A stretch of 40,013 nucleotides of DNA from Deltaproteobacteria bacterium (GTDB lineage: Bacteria; Myxococcota_A; UBA9160; SMWR01), in assembly GCA_032128115.1 (NCBI GenBank), contig JAQBHB010000066.1:1-40013 (forward strand), in the 5' to 3' direction. Each line of letters opens with the position of its first letter. Position 1 is the stretch's first letter. Below are positions 28,928 to 37,407 of the stretch, piece after piece. The translations under genes were made by a program, and so were the position numbers. The notes below the pieces were generated by a model, which saw only the letters and a list, made by a program, of their open reading frames with translations, had not been told where the DNA came from and did not search any database.

Positions 28928-30024
28928 GCGCCGAAGCGGGACGCATCGTGGTCGCCATGTCCGGCGGCGTCGACTCCTCGGTAGCCGCCGGCTTGCTGGT
29001 GCAGCGCGGCTACGAGGCCGTGGGCGTCACCATGAAGCTCTCGGGCAGCGCCTCGCGCTGTTGCTCCCTGGCGGACGCCGACGATGCCCGGCGCGTGGCC
29101 GAGCGCCTGGGCATCCGCTTCTTCGTGGCGAACTATGCCGAACGCTTTCGCACCGAGGTGATGGAGGTGTTTGCCGATGAATACCTGGCCGGGCGTACGC
29201 CGATTCCGTGCGTGACCTGCAACTCCAAGTTCAAGTTCGAGTACCTGATCGAGCGCGCCCGCGTGTTCGGGGCGGCTGGTGTGGCGTCGGGCCATTACGC
29301 GCGCATCGACCGCGATCCCGCGACGGGCCTGTTTCGCCTGCGCTGCGCCGAGGACACGGGCAAGGACCAGACGTATTTCCTGTTCGAGCTGACCCAGTCC
29401 CAGTTGGCGCGCGTGCAGTTTCCGCTGGGCGACATGACCAAGAGCGAGGTGCGGGAGACCGCGCGGGCGATGGGTCTCGGCACCGCCGAAAAGCCCGAAA
29501 GCCAGGAGATCTGCTTCGTGCCCGACGGCGATTACGCCGCGGCGGTGGAGCGGATTCGGCCGGGGAACCTGCCAGGCCCCGGCGAGATCGTGGACGCTCG
29601 CGACACCGTGGTGGGTCGGCATGCGGGCATCCACCGCTTTACGGTGGGGCAGCGGCGCGGTCTCGGAGTGGCCAGCGGGGAGCGGCTCTACGTGACCGGG
29701 ATCGACGCCCGGAGCAATCGCGTGCGCGTGGGAGGCGAGTGCGAGCTCGCCGTCGCCGGGGCTCGCGTCGAGCGCGTGAACTGGATCGCCGGATCACCGC
29801 CCGCAGCACCGGTGCGGGCCCGCGTGAAGGTGCGCCATCGCCACTCGGGCGCGTGGGCCGAGATCGCGCCGCTGGACGGGGTCGTCCAGACCGAGTTCGT
29901 GGACGGGGTCGTCCAGGTGCATTTCGATGAGCCGGTGCGCGCCGTGGCGCCGGGACAGGCCGCTGTGTTCTACGACGGCGACAGCGTGCTCGGCGGGGGC
30001 TGGATCGCCGGGTCGTGGCCGTGA
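28924..30024 (+). CDS. mnmA: tRNA 2-thiouridylase MnmA
   Basis: AMSGGVDSS, TPIPCVTCN, GHYA, KDQTYFL, ESQEICF, TVGQRRG and PGQAAVFY. Confidence 0.97.
   Translation: MSAEAGRIVVAMSGGVDSSVAAGLLVQRGYEAVGVTMKLSGSASRCCSLADADDARRVAERLGIRFFVANYAERFRTEVMEVFADEYLAGRTPIPCVTCNSKFKFEYLIERARVFGAAGVASGHYARIDRDPATGLFRLRCAEDTGKDQTYFLFELTQSQLARVQFPLGDMTKSEVRETARAMGLGTAEKPESQEICFVPDGDYAAAVERIRPGNLPGPGEIVDARDTVVGRHAGIHRFTVGQRRGLGVASGERLYVTGIDARSNRVRVGGECELAVAGARVERVNWIAGSPPAAPVRARVKVRHRHSGAWAEIAPLDGVVQTEFVDGVVQVHFDEPVRAVAPGQAAVFYDGDSVLGGGWIAGSWP
29873..29916 (+). repeat. In-frame duplication with 27-bp period inside mnmA
   Basis: TGGACGGGGTCGTCCAG at 29873-29889 and 29900-29916 (LDGVVQTEF/VDGVVQVHF). Confidence 0.85.
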
Positions 30025-30716
30025 TCGGCGGGGGCAAGGAAATCGCCGAACGCCTCGGCTATGTCTTCCGGGATCCCACGCTGCTGGAGATGGCGCTCTC
30101 CCACAGTTCCTATGCCAACGAATCCGACGGCAGTCGGGGGAACGAGAGGCTCGAGTTCCTGGGCGACGCCGTGTTGGCCCTGGTGGTGGCGCATCGCCTC
30201 TACGAATCGAATTCGACCTGGACGGAGGGGCAGCTGTCCCGGGCCCAGGCCGCCCTGGTGAACGAGGCGGCCCTGGCGGAGCAGGCCAGCGAGCTCGACC
30301 TGGGCCACTTCCTCAAGCTCGGGCAAAGCGAACGCAAGAGCGCGGGCCACGAGAAGCCCTCGATTCTCGCCGATTGCTTCGAGGCGGTTCTGGGCGCGGT
30401 CTACCTGGACGGTGGACTCGAGGCGGCCGCCGCCTTCCTGGATCGGATCTATGGCGCGGATCTCGGGCCCAGGGCGGCGCCGCCGCGCAAGAACCCGAAG
30501 ATGGAGGTCAACGAGCTCGCCATCGAGCGCTTCGGGGATCCACCCCAGTACCGGACGGTCCTCGACACGGGCGTGGAGCACGACGAACGGCGCTTCACGA
30601 TCGAGGTCTTGCTGGGGGGCGAGTCGTGGGGGCAGGGCGTGGGCCGTTCGAAGCGCCTGGCCGAACACGCCGCGGCCGAGGCGGCGCTGGCACGCGAGGC
30701 TACGTCGGATGACTGA
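30021..30716 (+). CDS. rnc: Ribonuclease III
   Basis: NERLEFLGDAVL, ADCFEAVLGAVYLDGG and a C-terminal dsRBD. Confidence 0.97.
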   Translation: MIGGGKEIAERLGYVFRDPTLLEMALSHSSYANESDGSRGNERLEFLGDAVLALVVAHRLYESNSTWTEGQLSRAQAALVNEAALAEQASELDLGHFLKLGQSERKSAGHEKPSILADCFEAVLGAVYLDGGLEAAAAFLDRIYGADLGPRAAPPRKNPKMEVNELAIERFGDPPQYRTVLDTGVEHDERRFTIEVLLGGESWGQGVGRSKRLAEHAAAEAALAREATSDD

Positions 30717-31593
30717 GAGCGTGGCGCACCGCACGGGCGTGGTGGCGATCCTGGGCCCGGCCAATGCGGGCAAGTCGACCCTTCTGAACCGGTTGCTCGG
30801 TCAGAAGCTCGCCATCGTGACTCCCAAGCCCCAGACCACCCGCAGTCGCATCCTGGGGGTGTTGAGCCTGCCGGAGGCCCAGATCCTGTTCCACGACACA
30901 CCGGGGCTGCACCGGGCCAGCCGCTCCCTGGGCAGTGCCATGAACGCGCTGGTGGACGCGGCCCGCGACGATTGCGACCTGGCCCTGCTGCTCGTGGATC
31001 TGGCGCGCGGGTGGCAGCCGGCCCACGAGCGCCTGCAGGAGTCGCTGGTGGAGGGCGGGACCGCCTTCCTGGTGGTGGGCACCAAGCTCGACCGGCCGGG
31101 CGCGGGCGACGCGATCTGGCCCCCGGAGCCGGCCCAGGGCCACGCCGCCGCGCTGCGCATCTCGGCCGAACGGGGCGATGGCCTGGAGGCCCTGGTGTCG
31201 GAGATGGTGGCTCGCCTGCCCGAGGGCCCCGCCCTCTACCCGGAAGACGAGGTCACCGATCGCTCCCTGCGCTTCCTCGCGGCCGAGTTGGTTCGCGAGG
31301 CGGCATTTCGCGAGCTCTCCCAGGAGCTGCCCTACCGGCTGGCGGTGGAAGTGGAGGAGTTCAAGGAGGACGCGGATTGCGTGCGCATCCGCGCGAATCT
31401 GCTGGTGGAGCGCGCGTCCCAGAAGCAGATCGTCGTGGGCCGGGGCGGAGAGGTGATCAAGCAGATCGGGATCGCCGCTCGGCTCGAGATCGAGAAGCTG
31501 ATGGAGCGCAAGGTCTTCCTCTCGCTCTGGGTCAAGGTCGAGCCGGGCTGGACCCGTCGCCCGAAGCGGCTGAAATCCCTGGGATACTCGTGA
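30709..31593 (+). CDS. era: GTPase Era
   Basis: GPANAGKST, KPQTTR, DTPG, ELPY and KH domain VGRGGEVIKQIG. Follows rnc. Confidence 0.96.
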   Translation: MTESVAHRTGVVAILGPANAGKSTLLNRLLGQKLAIVTPKPQTTRSRILGVLSLPEAQILFHDTPGLHRASRSLGSAMNALVDAARDDCDLALLLVDLARGWQPAHERLQESLVEGGTAFLVVGTKLDRPGAGDAIWPPEPAQGHAAALRISAERGDGLEALVSEMVARLPEGPALYPEDEVTDRSLRFLAAELVREAAFRELSQELPYRLAVEVEEFKEDADCVRIRANLLVERASQKQIVVGRGGEVIKQIGIAARLEIEKLMERKVFLSLWVKVEPGWTRRPKRLKSLGYS

Positions 31594-31612
31594 CGTGGAG
31601 TCACGCGTCGCG

Positions 31613-31642
31613 TTGACGCTGGAGGCGGCGATCGGGTAGTTT
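31613..31642 (+). promoter_or_regulatory. Putative sigma70 promoter TTGACG-18-TAGTTT for thiolase-hbd
   Basis: Near-consensus hexamers in the era-thiolase spacer. Confidence 0.5.
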
Positions 31643-31721
31643 GGTCCGACTGCGGGTCCTGTGCGCCCACTACCCCAACGACTGATCGCCCCCGGACCCT
31701 CGCACCCCATCAGGAGACGGC

Positions 31722-32909
31722 ATGAGCCAACAGGACGTCGTGATCGCCAGTGCCACCCGAACGCCCATCGGAGCGTTTCAGGGCGCGTTTTCCTCCCTTT
31801 CCGCCTCGGACCTCGGTGCCGTGGTCGTGCGCGAGGCCGTCAGGCGCGCCGGTGCCAAGCCCGAGCAGGTCGAACGGGTCTTCATGGGCAACGTGCTCTC
31901 CGCCGGCATGGGCCAGGCGCCCGCCCGCCAGTGCGCGATCAAGGCCGATCTCCCGGTCGAGACCGCCACGGTCACCCTGAACAAGGTGTGCGGCTCGGGC
32001 CTGCAAGCGGTGATGTTCGCGCGCCGGGAGATCCTGGTAGGCGATGCCGACGTGGTGGTGGCCGGCGGGATGGAGTCCATGACCAACGCCCCGTACGTGC
32101 TCCCGAATGCACGCGCGGGCTATCGGATGGGCAATGGCAAGATCATCGACAGCATGATTCACGACGGCCTCTGGGATCCCTACGACGATATGCACATGGG
32201 CAACTGTGGTGACATGGTGGCCGCGAAGTACGGATTCACGCGTGAGGATCAGGATGCCTTCGCCGCCGAGAGCTACCGGCGTGCGCTGGCGGCCCAGAAG
32301 GAGGGCCGCTTCAAGGCCGAGATCATGCCGGTCTCGGTGCCCCAGCGCCGCGGTGAGCCGCTGCTGGTGGACGAGGACGAGGAGCCCGGCCGCGGCGGCG
32401 ACGCCGCCAAGATGGCCAAGCTGCGACCGGCCTTCTCGAAGGAGGGCACGGTGACTGCCGCCAACGCCTCCACCATCAACGATGGCGCCGCCGCGCTGCT
32501 GGTGTGTTCCGCCGAGACGGCCAGGGCCAACGGCTACTCGGTGCTCGCGCGCATCGTGGCCGACTCGACCGCGGCCGTGGAGCCCAAGTGGTTCACCATC
32601 GCCCCCGTGGCGGCGCTGGCGAAGCTCTACGAGAAGACCGACACGAAGTCGAGCGACTGGGATCTCTACGAGATCAACGAGGCCTTCTCGGGCGTCACGA
32701 TGGCGGCCGCCGTGGAACACGGCCTCGACGCGGACCGGATCAATGTGAACGGCGGCGCCGTGTCGCTGGGACATCCCATCGGTTGTTCGGGAGCTCGGGT
32801 GCTCGTGACGCTCCTGTACGCCCTCAAGGATCGGGGCCAATCGCGCGGAATCGCCACGCTCTGCATCGGCGGCGGCGAGGCCGTGGCGCTTGGCGTGGAG
32901 CTCGTCTAG
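31722..32909 (+). CDS. Acetyl-CoA C-acetyltransferase (thiolase)
   Basis: NKVCGSG, NEAF, GHPIGCSG and CIGGG. AGGAG SD. Confidence 0.97.
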   Translation: MSQQDVVIASATRTPIGAFQGAFSSLSASDLGAVVVREAVRRAGAKPEQVERVFMGNVLSAGMGQAPARQCAIKADLPVETATVTLNKVCGSGLQAVMFARREILVGDADVVVAGGMESMTNAPYVLPNARAGYRMGNGKIIDSMIHDGLWDPYDDMHMGNCGDMVAAKYGFTREDQDAFAAESYRRALAAQKEGRFKAEIMPVSVPQRRGEPLLVDEDEEPGRGGDAAKMAKLRPAFSKEGTVTAANASTINDGAAALLVCSAETARANGYSVLARIVADSTAAVEPKWFTIAPVAALAKLYEKTDTKSSDWDLYEINEAFSGVTMAAAVEHGLDADRINVNGGAVSLGHPIGCSGARVLVTLLYALKDRGQSRGIATLCIGGGEAVALGVELV

Positions 32910-32911
32910 CC

Positions 32912-33766
32912 ATGGCCAACCAGAGCATCGGAATCATCGGAACCGGAACCATGGGCTGCGGCCTGGCCCAGATCGTCGCCCAGGCGGGCTTCGATGTGGT
33001 GTTCCAGAACCGCCGCCAGGAGTCGGTGGATCGCGGGCTGGGCAACATCCGGAAGTCGCTGGGTCGACTCGCCAGCAAGGGCAAGATCTCCGAAAGCGAT
33101 GCCAACGATGTGATGGCGCGCATTCGGGGCGTCGTGCCGCTGGAAGAGCTCAAGGCCTGCGAGCGCGTGATCGAGTGCGTGCCCGAGACCCTGGCGCTCA
33201 AGCAGGAGATTCTCGAAAATCTCGACCGCATCGTCGGCGACGAAGCCATCATCGCGACCAACACCTCGAGCCTGTCCATCACCAAGCTCGCGTCCTACGT
33301 GAGCCGACCCGGGCATTTCGTGGGTATGCACTTCTTCAATCCGGTGCCCGCCATGAAGCTGGTGGAGATCGTGCGCGGCATGCGCACCAATGATTCCACG
33401 GTCGCCGCGGTTCGCGGGCTGGCCGAGAAGCTGGGCAAGGTGCCGATCGAGGTGAAGGACGCGCCGGGCTTCGTGGTGAACCGCGTGCTCTTCCCCATGA
33501 TCAACGAGGCCGCCTTTGCATTGCAGGAGGGTGTTGCCGATCCGGACGGGATCGACGAGTGCATGAAGATGGGCTGCAACCACCCCCTGGGGCCGCTGGC
33601 CCTGGCAGATCTGGTCGGTCTCGACGTGGTGTACGCGATCCTGGACAGTCTGTATCGCGAGTACGGACAGCCGCGTTACGCGCCTTGCCTCGAGATCAAG
33701 AAGCGGGTCGAGGCGGGCTACCTGGGGCGCAAGACTGGCCGGGGATTCTACAACTACGAGAAGTGA
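32912..33766 (+). CDS. hbd: 3-hydroxybutyryl-CoA dehydrogenase
   Basis: GTGTMG.G, TNTSSLSI, GMHFFNP, PGFVVNR, GPLALAD.VGLD and LGRKTGRGFY. Confidence 0.95.
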   Translation: MANQSIGIIGTGTMGCGLAQIVAQAGFDVVFQNRRQESVDRGLGNIRKSLGRLASKGKISESDANDVMARIRGVVPLEELKACERVIECVPETLALKQEILENLDRIVGDEAIIATNTSSLSITKLASYVSRPGHFVGMHFFNPVPAMKLVEIVRGMRTNDSTVAAVRGLAEKLGKVPIEVKDAPGFVVNRVLFPMINEAAFALQEGVADPDGIDECMKMGCNHPLGPLALADLVGLDVVYAILDSLYREYGQPRYAPCLEIKKRVEAGYLGRKTGRGFYNYEK

Positions 33767-33769
33767 GAG

Positions 33770-33791
33770 CGCGGCGGGCGAGCCCGCCGTG
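33770..33791. terminator. GC-rich hairpin between convergent genes (possible terminator, no U-tract)
   Basis: GCGGCGGG-CGAG-CCCGCCGT fills the gap between the two stop codons. Confidence 0.4.
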
Positions 33792-33792
33792 G

Positions 33793-35424
33793 TCATCTAC
33801 GCGGTGGGGCCCCGCTCCGCCGCTCTTCGCGCAGGGTCTCCACGGCGGCATAGGTGACGAACAGGGCGCAGGCCAGGGAGGTCCAGGTGAGGATCTCGTC
33901 GGTCCAGTGCCAGATCTCTACAAAAAGCCAGGAGAGTGCCGAGACGGCGCAAAGGGCCGTGCCGATGGCCTGGCTTCGCGTCCAGAGCAGGCCGTAGGCC
34001 AGCAGCACGGCGTAGTAGTAGCCCGTGAGCTCAACGGCGATCGGCAGCAGGCCCAGGGCGAGAATGGCGACCACCCAGTCCGGTTGGCGTTCGCTGGCAC
34101 GAGCCAGCAGCAGAGCGAAGGCCGCCACCAGTGCCAGGTGCAGCAGGCGACGCTTCTCGAAGGTGTCGCGGCGCGCCTGCTTCCAGTCGGCATACGGATC
34201 TTCTTCGTTGACCTGGAAGGTCTGGTTGGCCCGGGCCGAGCCGTCATAGGCGAGCAGCGTGGGCAGGCCCATGTGATTCAGCAGCGGAGTGCTCACGTGC
34301 ACGCGGCTGTTCGCGATGAAGGCCAGCCACGAGTCGAAGCCACCGGTCATCCACGCTGAAAGCGGCAGCCACAGGCCTGCGGCCAGCAGGCCGCCCGCGA
34401 GCATGCGGCGGTGCGACGCCGAGAGCGTGAAGCGTCGGCTGCGCCAGATGCGGGCCAACGCCTGGAGTCCGAATCCCAGCAGGATGAAGCCCGGAAAGAT
34501 CCGCAGCAGGGTGGCCGTCATCAGCAGGAAGCCGCCGGCCGCGGGGCGCTGCTTTCGCAGCAGACAGATGCCGACGATCGCGGCCGCCAGCCAGTCCTGG
34601 CGCAGGAAACCGCCACCCACCCAGCCGAAGGCCGCCGGGTAGTTGGTGCCCCAGAAGAGCAGGGCGACGCAGGTGGCACGCCAGCCGAATGCCCACGCCA
34701 CGCAGGCCCACAGGATCAGCAGCAGCACGGGATCGAGGAGAGCCAGGGCCAGCAACTGGTCGAGACTCGCGGGGCCCGTGTGCGAAAGCGCAGTGCCGAG
34801 GATCGCCCAGGCTGGGGTTCCGTTGTAGCCGTGGTCGGTGCGCAGCTTGCGCCAGGCGCTCGGCGTCATGTGGTTCCGGAAGACGGCGGCGTCCGTGCGA
34901 AACGCATCCCAGCGCTCGGGGATGAAGTGTCGGGTGCAGCGGGAGGGATCGTCGAGCCACGGACCCACCGGCTCGAGCACATTGGTCTCCAGGTTGCGGA
35001 TGCGGTGGCCCTTCGCCGCGTACTTTCGCCCGCGGTCCAGGTCCGAGACGGCGGTGCAGGCGTAAAGGCGCGTGTACCCGAGCTCGCGGAAGTACTTGGA
35101 GCCCATGTAGTAGTGAAAGGTGTCCGAGGGGTGGACGTATTGCGGGAAGTGGAAGAGCCCGAAGTTCCACCACGCCAGGCCCGACGCGACTCCCAGGGCC
35201 AGCAGCAGGCCGTCGCGCAGGCGCCGTCGCGAGTGGGGGCGGCCCCGGGCCTGCAGCCACACTCCCCACGCGAGCAGGAGGGTCCCGCTGGTGGCGAGGG
35301 CTGCCTTGATCGCGTCCACCTGGAAGCGGCCCAGGGCCGGGTCGCCGTCGTTCGCGGCGGCGGCCGGCAACGCCCAGCCCAGGCTCAGCACCAGCGCCGC
35401 CACGGCCAGACCGCGCGCGATCAT
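33793..35424 (-). CDS. Multi-pass membrane protein, GT-C/GT87-like
   Basis: HPSDTFHYYMGSKYFRELGY, DHGYNGTP, GGGFLRQDW and LLRIFP, with many TMs. ATGA overlap with the GMC gene. Confidence 0.6.
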   Translation of the reverse strand: MIARGLAVAALVLSLGWALPAAAANDGDPALGRFQVDAIKAALATSGTLLLAWGVWLQARGRPHSRRRLRDGLLLALGVASGLAWWNFGLFHFPQYVHPSDTFHYYMGSKYFRELGYTRLYACTAVSDLDRGRKYAAKGHRIRNLETNVLEPVGPWLDDPSRCTRHFIPERWDAFRTDAAVFRNHMTPSAWRKLRTDHGYNGTPAWAILGTALSHTGPASLDQLLALALLDPVLLLILWACVAWAFGWRATCVALLFWGTNYPAAFGWVGGGFLRQDWLAAAIVGICLLRKQRPAAGGFLLMTATLLRIFPGFILLGFGLQALARIWRSRRFTLSASHRRMLAGGLLAAGLWLPLSAWMTGGFDSWLAFIANSRVHVSTPLLNHMGLPTLLAYDGSARANQTFQVNEEDPYADWKQARRDTFEKRRLLHLALVAAFALLLARASERQPDWVVAILALGLLPIAVELTGYYYAVLLAYGLLWTRSQAIGTALCAVSALSWLFVEIWHWTDEILTWTSLACALFVTYAAVETLREERRSGAPPRR

Positions 35425-36857
35425 CGCGTCCCGATCAGGTAGTCGGCCAGGCGCAGGGTCAGGGCCACCACGGTGAGGGTGGGGTTCGCCGTGCCGGAGG
35501 TGGGGAATACCGAAGCGCCCGACACGTACAGGTTGTCGATTCCGAATACCCGTTGATTCCGGTCGACCACTGCGGACTCGCCATCGGATCCCATGCGGCA
35601 GGTTCCGGCCGGGTGGGCGCGCCAGGTAACGTTGGGTGTGGATGCGGCAGGATCGAGGTCGGCGAGCTGACTCAAGAGATTTCGACCGCGTTCCAGGGTG
35701 CGTCGGTCGCGCTCCGAATATTCCAGGTGGACGTCCGGAGTCGGCTGATCCCACGGACCCCGCTGATGGGGTGACAGGCGGATGCGGTTGCCGGGTCTCG
35801 GCTGCATCTCGGGCTGCAGCTTCCAGGAGAGCTGTTGGGAGCCGTCGCCGGCGGGCTCGTCGGCGTACACCTGGAGGTGGCAGGCATTGAGCCCCTCGCG
35901 TCTGAACTCGTCGTTGAAATCGTAACTTCGATGGAGACCCGGTGGCAGGGCAGGCGCCCCGCGCGTGCGCTGCCGCCAGTTCACCGTGAGGTGCTCCACG
36001 AAGTTCCGACCCACCCGGTCGTGGGCATTGCCCAGCCCCTCGGGATGCCAGGATGAGCGCGAGAGCAGCAGCAGGCGCGCGCTTTCGACGACACCCGCCG
36101 CCACCACGAAGGTGCGGGCGTGGACGCGGCGCGGTTCCTGGCCGGGGGCGCGCACCACGGCGTGGTCGATGCGCCTGGCATCGGTCGCAACCAGGCGCAG
36201 CGCCTGATGTCCGGAGAGCAGCGTGCCGTTCATCGACGCCTCGAAGTCCGGCACCTCGCGGCGGTCGAGGCGCACGGGCGCGTCGTCGCGAAGCGCCAGG
36301 GCTACGGGAAAGAAGCGAAGTGCACGCCCCCCGAGCTGCACGACGGGCGCCCGGTAGTCGTCGCTGCGCTCCCGCGGGTAGGCGCAGTGCCTGGGCGGCT
36401 CCGCGCCCGGCACCGGAGCGTGTCCCCAGACGCCCAGCGCGGCCTCGGCCCGGCAGTACCAGGGATCGAGATCCTGGTAGGAAAGCGGCCAATCCGCATC
36501 CAGGCCGAACTCACTTTGCACCCGGAAGTCGCTGGGCCGCATGCGGTTGACAAGGCCCGTCCAGTGTCGACTGGCTCCTCCCACCACGATCATGCGCGTC
36601 GAATTCAGGGGGTAGTCGATGGAGCCCGAGTTCGTGAACCCGAAACGGTCGGCGGCTTCTCCGGGACGAGATCCGCCCGCCTCCACCACCAGGGTCCGGA
36701 ACCCATGGGCCGCGGCACGCTGGGCCAGCAGGATGCCGGCAAAGCCCGAGCCGATCACGCACAGGTCGTAGGGGTCGTTGCCGGGATCGCCGCCGCAGGC
36801 GGCCAGGGTGGCGGCAGCGGTGCCACTCGTGAGGAAGCGGCGCCGGGTGATGGGCAT
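35421..36857 (-). CDS. GMC-family FAD oxidoreductase with Tat lipoprotein signal
   Basis: TRRRFL plus LAAC lipobox. GSGFAG, VGGAS.HW, HPAGTCRMG and TANPTLT. Confidence 0.9.
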   Translation of the reverse strand: MPITRRRFLTSGTAAATLAACGGDPGNDPYDLCVIGSGFAGILLAQRAAAHGFRTLVVEAGGSRPGEAADRFGFTNSGSIDYPLNSTRMIVVGGASRHWTGLVNRMRPSDFRVQSEFGLDADWPLSYQDLDPWYCRAEAALGVWGHAPVPGAEPPRHCAYPRERSDDYRAPVVQLGGRALRFFPVALALRDDAPVRLDRREVPDFEASMNGTLLSGHQALRLVATDARRIDHAVVRAPGQEPRRVHARTFVVAAGVVESARLLLLSRSSWHPEGLGNAHDRVGRNFVEHLTVNWRQRTRGAPALPPGLHRSYDFNDEFRREGLNACHLQVYADEPAGDGSQQLSWKLQPEMQPRPGNRIRLSPHQRGPWDQPTPDVHLEYSERDRRTLERGRNLLSQLADLDPAASTPNVTWRAHPAGTCRMGSDGESAVVDRNQRVFGIDNLYVSGASVFPTSGTANPTLTVVALTLRLADYLIGTR

Positions 36858-36931
36858 GCGGTCTCCGAGTTCTTCGGTGGGGCCGCGACGGCCGATCGCG
36901 CAGGGTAGGGCACCGGCTGAGCCGGCCCGGC

Positions 36932-36960
36932 TTGACGCCCGGGAGGGATGCTGCTAGCCA
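36932..36960 (+). promoter_or_regulatory. Putative promoter TTGACG-17-TAGCCA (extended TG) for merR-icmF
   Basis: The -10 ends 6 nt before the GTG start, and there is no SD at normal spacing. Confidence 0.45.
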
Positions 36961-36966
36961 GTTAAC

Positions 36967-37407
36967 GTGAGCTGGCAAACACCCACCTGGGACGATCTCC
37001 AGGGTATCGGAGAAGTCTGCGAATCTACGGGGCTTTCCGCCCGAACGGTGCGTTATTACGAGGAGCTCGGATTGCTGCCCGGCGTGCGGCGTCGGGCGGG
37101 CGGACGGCGCGTCTACGGGCCCGATGAGGTCGAGCGCCTGCGCTTCATCCAGCGGCTCAAGACCGTGGGCCTGTCGCTCGCTGAGGTGAAGGAGCTCAAC
37201 GCCGTCTACGCCATCGGGGGATCCACCCGCGCCATGCTGGAACGACTCGACGAACTGCTGGGGGGGCACCTGGGCGAGCTCGAGGACCGCATCGTCGAGC
37301 TGGGAACCCTGCGAGACGAGATCCGCAACTACCGCGAGCATGTCGTGGGCCGGCTGCAAGGGCTGGCTCGCAGCCGCAAGCGCCGCAGCAACGGAGGCTC
37401 GCGGTGA
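36967..37407 (+). CDS. MerR-family transcriptional regulator
   Basis: IGEV...TGLSARTVRYYEELGLL...GGRRVY...RLRFIQRLK.VGLSL.E, followed by a coiled coil. Confidence 0.95.
   Translation: MSWQTPTWDDLQGIGEVCESTGLSARTVRYYEELGLLPGVRRRAGGRRVYGPDEVERLRFIQRLKTVGLSLAEVKELNAVYAIGGSTRAMLERLDELLGGHLGELEDRIVELGTLRDEIRNYREHVVGRLQGLARSRKRRSNGGSR

Noticed and set aside
30709..31593. Era G4 TKLD and G1 GPANAGKS as signs of inactivation
   Set aside because: TKxD occurs in active GTPases, and the other G-motifs and the KH domain are intact.
31594..31721. SRP RNA, 6S RNA or tRNA in the era-thiolase spacer
   Set aside because: No SRP GGAA/GCAGC core, no cloverleaf or T-loop, and too short for 6S.
36858..36966. 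Cobalamin riboswitch upstream of merR-icmF
   Set aside because: The spacer is about 110 bp, holds the putative promoter, and has no recognisable B12 box.
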